Source: Azolla caroliniana
Lineage: Eukaryota; Plantae; Polypodiophyta
Direction of reading: 5' to 3'
DNA length: 64,000 nucleotides
NCBI GenBank assembly: GCA_043228905.1
Contig: JBHGNT010000003.1
Span: 23,808,001 to 23,872,000, forward strand
Shown here: positions 54,316-64,000 of the stretch, piece by piece
How the letters are laid out: each line of letters begins with the position of its first letter
How positions within the stretch are numbered: position 1 is the first letter of the stretch
Program-made: the position numbers and the translations under genes
The notes under the pieces: model-generated
What the model was told of the DNA's origin: nothing
Databases searched by the model: none
The model's input: the letters and a program-made list of their open reading frames with translations, nothing else

Positions 54316-54750
54316 TGTTACCGACCGGCAAAGGAGTCCAAAGTGGGAAACGGAGAGTTATTTAAGTAGTAGGAATGGGGTTGTAATTAAGCTATGAGTG
54401 TGGACGGACGGACCGGAAACGGTATGCCGTTCCGGATTCGGACCGATCCCGAATAGGTGCGGATGGCACCGTTTTGTAATATAGACCGGAAACCTATTTA
54501 AAGGCCCGGATACAATGTAATCAATAGCTGTTAATTAATGAAAGCTTAAGCGTTGTTATCTCGCTGTGTTAATTGCCGTTCTGTCTTAATTGTTATATCT
54601 TACGCGTGTGTTATGAAAGACGATCATAATAAGTAACTTAATCAAGTAGGATTAAGCGTTGAGGCAGATCCGGTTGCCGTAACACCCTTTGGGGAAGTGT
54701 CTTCCGTAGACACCCTGTGTTAGGCCATTGTTCGGCCCTAAGAGTTAACA
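54316..54750 (+). mobile_element. LTR 'Y' (~435 bp), followed by partial PBS TGGCGACC
   Basis: TGTTA...TAACA termini; CCTATTTAAAGG TATA-like box; near-identical inverted copy at 55515-55948. Confidence 0.8.
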
Positions 54751-54765
54751 CAATTTTTGGCGACC

Positions 54766-55948
54766 GATGCGGCTTCATCCGACCCTTGTCTGACCCTTCG
54801 GCCGCTCCGGTTGCTACAGCCACTGTCCGGCTATTCCGACCGTTCCGACTGTTGCACGGCTGCTCTTCAGTTGTTGTTCGGCCTTTTCGGCCGCTCTTCA
54901 GCCGTTATCCGGCCATTCTTCCGGCCTCCGTTTTGGCCGCGGTCCGACTGTGTCTAACCGTTTTTGTCTTTGGCTCTGTTCGGTCCTTCTGGCCGTACGG
55001 CCATCACTTTCTTTCGGGCCCTTCAATCGTCTCTATTTGTTTGTGCGTTTATTTCTCCGTCCTTCCCTATCTTTGTCAACGAAGCATAATTGCACGAACC
55101 ACACATCATTTCGTGTTCATATTCGCCTTTATCATGATCATCATCTTCTCCCTCTTCGTTAAGAATGATCTAGGTGGATGTGATGATGATGATTGAAATG
55201 GTGATAATGAGGAGACACATTTGTGCTTTAACTTGTAAACTGTGGACAAATTTGTCTCTACTTTAACACACATCAGAGGATATATTTGTCTTTGCTTATG
55301 ACTAAACATGGATGAGGGATGCTTAACACTTCTTTGTCGATTCATCGATTCCTTGTCTTGTTTTGTGACGAATACATTGTCAATCTTCAATTTCTCACTC
55401 ACTTGTACATTTCCTACACATCATCGCCATCATTTGTTGCTTTTCTTGCATCGTCGCGTATCATTCTTGGACTCTGTCTCCAAAGGGGGATCCCATCGTG
55501 GTCGCCAAAAACTGTGTTAACTCTTAGGGCCGGACAATGGCCTAACACAGGGTGTCTACGGAAGACACTTCCCCAAAGGGTGTTACGGCAACTGGATCTG
55601 CCTCAACACTTAATCCTACTTGATTAAGTTACTTATTATGATTGTCTTTCATAACACACGCGTAAGATATAACAATTAAGACAGAACGACAATTAACACA
55701 GCAAGATAACAACGCTTAAGCTTTCATTAATTAACCGCTATTGATTACATTGTATCCGGGCCTTTAAATAGGTTTCCGGTATGTATTACAAAACGGTGCC
55801 ATCCGCACCTGTTCGGGATCGGTCCGGATCCGGAACGCATACCGTTTCCGGTCCGTCCGTCCACACTCATAGCTTAATTACAACCCCATTCCTACTACTT
55901 AAATAACTCTCCGTTTCCCACTCTGGACTCCTTTGCCGGTCGGTAACA
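54766..55948 (-). mobile_element. Inverted, 3'-truncated second copy of the Y element (LTR 55948-55515, PBS, ~750 bp leader)
   Basis: Reverse complement of 54316-54750 and of 44510-45111 plus 52413-52557. Confidence 0.88.
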
Positions 55949-56785
55949 ACATCCAACATTCCAAGCAATAGGTGGTAATCGATGATTCGACATATTCTTG
56001 ACTTTTGTAATGTATTTATATACTCTTTGGAGTGCCAATAGCTCTATGGGTCGAACACTTGTTTCCAAGAGCATAACCTGGTAAGAGGTAGTGCATTTAA
56101 CTCCTAATTGCTTGCTTAAAAACATCTTTTGAATTTTCTCAATCTCATTCCATGCATTAAGGGAGATGGTGCCATCCCATACTTCTACTCCATAAAGCAA
56201 TACTTGAGTTACCATGGCATTGAACAACATTAGTTTTACTTCCCATCCACAAGTATCACTTTGGTTGCATTGGTTCTCCAAAAGGTAATACGATTTTCAA
56301 CCGGCTTGGAGCCTAGAATCAAAGCATGCACTCCATTTATTTGTGGTGGGTACATCAATACCAAGATATTTAAAGCTTCGAATAAATTGTATATGTTCAC
56401 CTCTATATGTGAGCATAGGGTAATGACGAGGTTGGATGGCTTGCACTACCATCATTTTTGTTTTCACCACATTCATTGCTAGTCCACTACTATGGCAAAA
56501 TTCTTCTAATACCCCAAGTAAATTTTGCATACTATCAACATCATATGAGAAGAATACCACATCATCTACATATAAAAGCAATAAGATAACGTGTTGCATC
56601 AATTTGGGGGCATTCAATCCTTCTTCCCGGGCAACCTTGTTCATCACTTCTTCTAATTTATCAATACACAAGCCAAAGAGTGTGGGTGATAGTGGGCATC
56701 CTTGCTTGACCCCCATGTTACTTAAAAAGTGCTTTGAGAATCCACTATTCATTTTTAGTTGGCATTTAACTTGTTCATATGAGGT
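55949..56785 (-). mobile_element. RTE-clade LINE, RT-containing part (5'-truncated)
   Basis: GVKQGCPLSPTLFGLCID, LLYVDDVV, GLAMNVVKTK, FKYLG; 55949-56173 duplicates 42636-42860. Confidence 0.88.
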
Positions 56786-57637
56786 GAAATATATTATGAC
56801 GTGAAAACCATTTTGGACTCCACAATTGCGCGCAACAAATTATATTACCTAGTTGATTGGTAAAGTTATATGCCTAATAATGGAACTTGAGAGCCTGTTA
56901 AGAATCTTGCTAGCGCCATATAAATTGTAGTTGAATGTTATCGTCGATATCCCAATGAGCCCAATCCTGGATTATGAATTACACAGACATGATGTTGTCT
57001 AGCAGACATCATTTTAAGTCGAAGGGCCACTTGACATGGTGCATGGCTATCTTGTAAACACCATTTCTATCAAAAGGCCACCTAATAAGGCTCCTGGCCA
57101 CAATATAAGATCAAGAACGAGCTCTCTGCTAAACAAAATTAAGGGGTCGAGAGGCCATCTCATGAGGTTTATGGCCTTTGAAAAGTGACCAACGATATAA
57201 CATAAAGTTCTCTTGTGGACACAAGTCTAGGGTCAAAAGTTAGCTCATGTGGTTGACAATCTTCTACAAACCATCATTACGATGTTCATTAGGCACGGGT
57301 TTGGGATGGAAAGGCCGGTTCTCATGTGGCAGATGGCTTCTAGAGAGGGTCGGTTATGAGATAACCAAATCATTAAAGCCGAGCGTTGGAAGTGGAAAGG
57401 TCGCTTCATGGTCTCTTGGCTACGGACCATTCCATCGATCGCATGCTCAACATGACCTAAATTATTAGCACCCTCTAATAATTGAGTTAATGTTAGTACC
57501 ATGGGTACCCTAGACCCTAATTCTTAATGTTTGATTCGATTTAGCTCTATCCTAACAAGCAGACGAAGTGATGGTGTTTCTTTGAACTGAGGGCTAACTG
57601 TGTTAGACACAGATCAGTGCGTCGGAGCTACACTGAT

Positions 57638-57639
57638 CT

Positions 57640-57674
<35 letters not shown>

Positions 57675-57690
57675 AGAAGAAGAAGAAGCG
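57638..57690. repeat. (GC)n(GA)n(GAA)n microsatellite in the 5' region of the methylthiotransferase gene
   Basis: Directly visible. Confidence 0.9.
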
Positions 57691-57709
57691 AGAGAGGTAC
57701 GGAGAAACC

Positions 57710-60700
57710 ATGGAAGACATTGAAGACATGGTTTCGGAGAATCTTGCAGGATTACGTCTTCCCCTGAATCACTCCGTCTTTCCTCGAGCTCGCGTCCTGA
57801 AACCACACACTGATTCTGTTAAGGAAAATCTACCTCCTCGTGCAGGCATTCCTGGTGTGCAGGTTTGTATAGATATTTATTATTTGTATTTTTTTGTACT
57901 ATTTTTTCCTGCCGTACAGTTTTTTCTTATATAGCTAATTATCCGTGTTTTCTTGTTGATTTTAATTCTGTGTTTTAATTGTATAGTTTTTCAATCTATA
58001 GTGCTTGTTCTTCCCTTCAAAAGCCATGGTTTTTTGTGTCTATGTATTATCGTACAGTTTTTCAAATACATTTCTTCTTCTTTTTCTTTGAAGGGTGTTT
58101 TTTTTTGCCTTCATATATATTTTTATAATTATATTCATGGCTATTTGTATAGTCTCATTGAATGTAATATTTTCCATTGTGTTTTTTTATCTAGTCTTTA
58201 GTGTATGATTCTTCTTCCGTCTTGCCGTTGTTTCTCCCTATGCTCTTTATGTTGTCTTTGATTTATAATTCTTCCTTCTCTTTCATGGCTTTTCATCTTC
58301 TCTATTGTCTATATGTTTTTCTCATGGCCTTTCATAGATTCTTCCTTTTCTTCTTCATATTGAAAATGGTTTTTTGCATTCTACTGCAGGCAATTTACTT
58401 AAAAACATTTGGATGCTCCCATAACCAGGTAAACTTTCCATCTCAATTACTTAGAAATACACTTCTTGTAGTTGGACATCTATAAAGGGACCAAATCAAA
58501 TAGAATATATAAATGCCTTCCCAATTCCTATCAATTGAATAAACCTGGGGAATTTAGGCACATTTCTTACTATTTCATGCATGGTAGGAAAATCAATCTT
58601 TTAGAAAGTTTAAATTTCCTTAACACTTGTATCTTGCCTTTGCACATATGCTGCAGAGGATGGTTAAAAGTCATATACTATACTATTTTCATCCTTCTTA
58701 TAGCTCTTGAAATCATTTGCTCTGTTCTACAGAGTGACAGTGAGTACATGGCTGGACAACTTACATCGTATGGATATAGTATCTCAGAGGAACCTGAAAC
58801 AGCTGATTTGTGGTTGATAAACACGTGAGATGCACGATAGGACATCCTGATTATTTCTTTCCTCTTTATTGGAACAGTATTTGTCAGATTGATATGTTGT
58901 TTGAATGTTTAGACAGGTGTACGGTGAAAAATCCAAGTCAGTCGGCCATGGAAACATTAATTCGAAGAGGCAAGAGTGCAAAAAAACCTCTTGTTGTGGC
59001 AGGATGTGTACCTCAAGGTAGCAAAGGTCTGAAGGATCTTGATGGGGTTAGCATAGTTGGCGTACAGCAAATAGATAGAGTGGTTGAGGTTGTAGAAGAG
59101 ACTTTGAAAGGGAATGAAGTCCGCCTTCTTCGTAGGAGTTCTCTTCCTGCATTGGATTTGCCAAAGGTATAATGTATAAGTATTTGTGGTCATTTTAAAA
59201 GATTGAGTCAATACACTTTGACACAAGATTGCATTTTGTAGGTTAGGAAGAACAAGTTTGTTGAGATACTTCCAATAAATGTGGGTTGCCTAGGGGCATG
59301 TACGTATTGCAAAACTAAACATGCACGCGGTCATTTGGGAAGTTATCCTGTTTCAACTTTGGTAATGACTGCTATATAATGTACATAGCTTGTAGATTTT
59401 ATGAAATGCAGCTCATCTGAATGTGCCTTGGAATACCAAACAGGTGGAGAGGATAAGATCAGTTATTGCTGATGGGGTCAAAGAAGTTTGGCTAAGCAGT
59501 GAAGATACCGGTGCTTATGGTATAGCACATAGTAAATGCTGAAATATGTGTGATATCTTTCAGTTTGTGCTATTCTTATGAGTGGGCCTATAACAGATTG
59601 ATCTTTGCACATCTCTCTCAAGTAGAAGATAAGAAATAGTCATGCTGATAAGGAAGAGAGGAACAGAACAATGTACCCATAATTTAATAAGATAAAGATA
59701 GGATGAATCAAATTGCAACTTCATTTTTGCTTAGCTTACTATAGATACATCAAGGATACGCAAAGAAATGGCATTAATGACACAAGTGAATGCTGTCTAA
59801 GAATAATGGAGTTCTTATTTGATAGCAATAGCATATCTAAAATGTCTGCACATGAAGACCATTATTTAGATTTCTGCTTGAAATAAAAACTTCAAAAAGG
59901 AAGTAAATGAGAGGAGCACATTTTCATTTTAAGTTTCAAAATCTATTGTATACACATGTTACATATGCCTATTTTCTACAGGTAGAGATATCCAAACGAA
60001 TCTTCCCACTCTTTTGCGTGCACTGGTTGCTGAATTACCAAATGACAGATCGGTTATGTTACGGATTGGGATGACCAATCCGCCTTATATATTAGAGCAT
60101 CTTGAGGATATAGCAGAAATCCTTACGCATCCATGTGTATACTCTTTTCTCCATGTACCTGTGCAATCAGGAAGTGACAATGTGCTTCATGTAATATGTC
60201 CATATTAGACCTCCTTGATTCATCTAATATCATATCTCAGGAAAAACACCTTATTGAGCATGCGGTTTTGGGTTAATGCAGGCAATGAAACGGGAATATA
60301 CTGTCAGTGAATTCAGGAGAGTGGTAGATACACTTATCAAACTTGTTCCTGGAATGCAGATTGCCACTGACATAATCTGCGGTTTTCCAGGTTTCTAGTG
60401 CTTATTTCGATTTTTGTATACCTCAATAATTTTATGTTCAATTAAACTTTTCAGCACCTGTGAAACACCTGAGCTAAGTGGATTGTGTCCTTAGGTGAAA
60501 GTGAAGAGGACTTCGAAGAGACCATGAAACTGATTGAAGAATACAGGTTTCCTCAAGTGCACATTTCACAGTTTTACCCCAGGCCAGGTGTGTTCTCTAG
60601 ATATACTCTCTCTATGAGTATGTGTATGCGAGAGGACTTATGTGTAGTTTTGGGTGTTTTGAATAGTTAGGTATGGTTTTTGAAAGTGATTGAATCAGGA

Positions 60701-61663
60701 GAGCTCTCTCAAAAGAATTTATGTGCATGTATATGCAGTTTTGTGATTGACTAGGTATAGTTCTTCAAAATGATTGAGGGAAAGTCTCTGAAATGTATGT
60801 GTGTGCGTGGTTTTGAACCTGTTTGTTTGGGTAATACGTTTTGTTAATTGAAATCAGGAACTCCAGCTGCACGTATGAAGCGGGTACCAACGGGAGAAGT
60901 GAAGAAACGGAGCCGCAGGCTAACCACACTTTTTGAGTCATTCTCTCCCTACAAGGACATGAATGGACTGACTTATAGAGTGTTGGTGACAGATATAGCT
61001 AGTGATGGTATCCACCTGGTATATACTTCCTTGCATCCTTGTTTGGATTTATCTTATATTCCATGAAAATACAACAATTTCACCACTGATAAGGCGTATG
61101 TGTTGATTCAGGTTGGGCATACAAAATCTTACATCCAGGTGTTGTTACCTGCTGGTGAAGGTTTTATGGGGAGCTCTGTAGATGTTAGAGTGACATCCAC
61201 AGGAAGATGGTCTGTCATGGGTGAAGTCCTTAACTATGAATCCAAACCAGTCGTAGGAGGAATTATTCATTCAAGTGGAAAAGAAAATGGTGTGATTCCA
61301 TGCAAGGATTTTGACTTCACTGCAGGAGATGTGTGTGAAGCGTCACTTTGTTGTGGAAGTAATGTTTGTGATTCGGAAAAGAAAGGTGGTGGTTCTTCAT
61401 CAAATGATGGCACAGTGGTCCTTACGGACCGCGAAGAGAAATCCAGTGTGAGTGGCATTTATACATCTATGAGCAAACTATCCAAGAGAGTGATATTATC
61501 GTCTGATATATCTACAAAGGCACATAATGAGCTGAAACAACCTTGTCCACCTAACAATGCAAAGGAGAATGCTTGTTTCCAGCATGCCATAGATGGATTT
61601 CTTTGTGTCATCCTGATTCTAAGTCTGAGCATTCTCTTGCTCAAAATTTCGGGTTGGATTTGA
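57710..61663 (+). CDS. CDKAL1: Threonylcarbamoyladenosine tRNA methylthiotransferase (CDKAL1/MtaB-like radical SAM), ~11 exons
   Basis: MEDIED start; KTFGCSHNQ|[10 protein letters not shown]; NTCTVK; VAGCVPQ; [16 protein letters not shown] (CxxxCxxC); RIGMTNPPY; QFYPRPG|TPAARMK; TRAM domain; C-terminal hydrophobic anchor. Confidence 0.94.
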
Positions 61664-63479
61664 GGGTCTTTTCTTGCATTGTTTTCTGAAAGTGAGGCAT
61701 AACAGAAGCCTATGTGTAACATTTTTTGAAATGTTGTAGCGTAGTATGAATTCCAAAGGTGTACTGTTGAGCTGATTTTTAATTTGTTCCCTTTTATGCC
61801 AATACGGCCAGACAATACCATTACTCACTAGTGTTCATAAATCTCAGTGATAAAACTTTCTGTTATGGATCAAAAGCTCTTGATATTGAGGGCATGCATG
61901 GTTCTGATGAATAAACTAATGGATTCATCGCAAAACGTAAGGATTTTCAGTACAAACATTCTAGAAGCTTGGTATGATGTCAATTTGTGGGAAAGCGAAT
62001 AGGTTGTTCATGCTTCACATGTTATGCTGCATACATTGCACCAAACTACAAAACCATATTGTACGTTGATGTTCATATGGTTGCAGTTTGTATGTACAAT
62101 ACAAGCCTGAGTGTAATGGTTAAAATGCACTTCTCTTTCGTCGGCTGTATCATTCACATGGAAGGACTGAACATTATATATTTATTTTCTATTCAATTAG
62201 ATTCTCCATGACTATTATTTTATGAATTTCACATATCAACGGCACTTTGAAATCAAGTATTACCATGTTTATGTTAATGTTTGACATGTAATGTTCGTAG
62301 AAATGGTTAAAAAGCATAACAAATTTCAATGAGAATTGCGAATGTCAAAAATAGTAATTTGTTATTGCTAAGTTGGATCATGTTAAAAATTGATGGTGTA
62401 TATTTTCTTGTTTGATAATGAGTTGAGTTTGAAGTTTGAAGTTTCAATGGTATGCAAATGGTTTTTCTCTTCTTGTGGTTTCTCGCATTTGTCATTTGTG
62501 TAATCCTTATGTAGGTTGTATTTTCTCCATGTTTATTCCCAAAAAAAGCTCATGGAATATTGCTATAGAAGTGGTCATTAGTGTAGACTTGTTGCAATGA
62601 TAAATTTGTATTATTTCACAAGCTAGCTAATTTACAAGAAATAATTGCAAAAATATGAATGTCGCTTCGTGGTCCAAACTCTACAAACAAGGCAACAACC
62701 ACACGGTCCCATCACACTCCCTACAAAAATTGGACTCTATTGAGTAAACAAAATACATATTTTTGGCTAAGTTCCAAATTAGTAAAGGAGTCAAGATGGA
62801 ACTTTATAGATGTTTATGCATGAGAGGATATATATATATGTGTACATATGAAATCAACCAATAACAAAGTTGATCCATGACGATTCAAAGTGTGAATAAT
62901 AATGATAAACTCATTCTGTTCTGTTCCATCCTTTCCTTTTTAACAAATCTATTTGCAAACGCTTAAAAGAATACGTGCAAGGGTCAATTATGCCACACAT
63001 ACGTAGAACAGAAATATATGACATAGACTTGTCATTCCTACGTAAAGTAAGCTAGTGTGTTAGGTAAACTCAGAATAAACATTGTGCCATCATGACCTAT
63101 GTTTCTTATTTGTGTTATCATGGGGAAGAATTTGTTAGGTCTTGGATGATAATGTGGGGAAATGAATTATATGCAAGTAGGAAAAGCAGCGGGAAAATAG
63201 TACATATTATTCACAACATGGATAGCTAGCTGAGGATCAAGATTTTGATGTTTTTGGGGTAGTTTTGTTTTGTTGGGCAATGGGGGGCTTCTGTAGTTGC
63301 TATGTGTAGTGTTTTTAAAGCTTTTGGAATTTCGTGAAAGCGCTAGATAATAGATATAACGTGGGAAATTTGAATTATCCACACAATTGGAAATTCGTGG
63401 AAATTAGTCACAATCATTATCCTTATCCTTAACACCCAAACATAAACAAAACGTGATGTACAGTCAGCCGCTTGCGTGG

Positions 63480-64000
63480 CAACGCTGACGTGGCAGCCGG
63501 CATCTTTCGCGCCCTCTCTTTTTTTTTCTCCCTCTTTTCCATCACCGAAATGATCAAAATCAAATGAATAGAAAAAAAAAGCAAAAGCAAAATCAAACGC
63601 AATGAAAGCAACAGGAAGCCATCCAAGATTCTAGAATATAAGGCCGTTTTCGAATTTTAGGGTTTCAGAAATCACGGAAGTGCAGAAGAAAGAAAGGGAG
63701 GTGCAAGAAGAGACTGTTTATATCTTTTCTCCGTGTCAAATTCTAGGGTTTCAGAATAGAAGTAGAGCAAGGAAAGTGTTTCTTTCATGTGCGCGTTTTT
63801 TATCTGAATCATTGTATTCTCTCGATCCTCGCAAAGCAAGTTTTGGTTTGATCTTCGCGGACAAGAAGCTTTTCAAAGAGATAGAATAAGCTTTCTGAAG
63901 AAAGAAGAAGAAAGAGAACCTTTCAGAGGAAAGACCAGGAAGAAAGAAAAAGAAGTTCCGGAGAAGAAGAAGCTTTACAATAAGGAGAAGAAGAAAGAAG
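63480..64000 (+). promoter_or_regulatory. Probable promoter/5' leader of a gene beyond the window
   Basis: ACGTGGC G-box-like motif (~63489), TAGGGTTT telo-boxes (~63658, ~63744), GAA-rich leader-like tract. Confidence 0.35.

Noticed and set aside
43935-55948. Retrozyme (hammerhead-containing) or DIRS-type identity for the Y/Z elements
   Set aside because: No hammerhead core (CUGANGA...GAAA with flanking stems) recognised in the LTRs and no tyrosine recombinase; the inverted LTRs are explained by a junction within the PBS.
56800-57500. Short ORFs between the RTE and CDKAL1
   Set aside because: No recognisable domain or splice structure; probably old TE debris.

Overview
Eukaryotic land-plant nuclear DNA: AT-rich, intron-rich genes, and a gene and TE content that suggests a non-seed vascular plant such as a fern (inference). 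Host genes in order: 3' end of a PLS-E class PPR gene; CFL1-like WW/EAR/Zn-ribbon gene; UBC22/UBE2S-like E2; three paralogous DC1(C1)-array plus RING-H2 genes; TIM44; an intron-rich CIPK; and the CDKAL1/MtaB-type tRNA methylthiotransferase. Mobile DNA includes two hAT-like MITEs, a decayed Copia carrying a solo LTR and a 3x277-bp tandem amplification, and a nested block at about 41-57 kb. In that block an RTE LINE is split by a 13-kb insert flanked by a 225-bp duplication. The insert holds a concatenated, chimeric non-autonomous LTR family (tRNA-Arg-like PBS, one coiled-coil ORF, a covarying stem-loop where a PPT is expected, one LTR inverted), into which a very young GC-rich Gypsy element has inserted (tRNA-Trp PBS, candidate -1 frameshift between protease and RT). 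All coordinates and alignments were read by eye; no searches were run.
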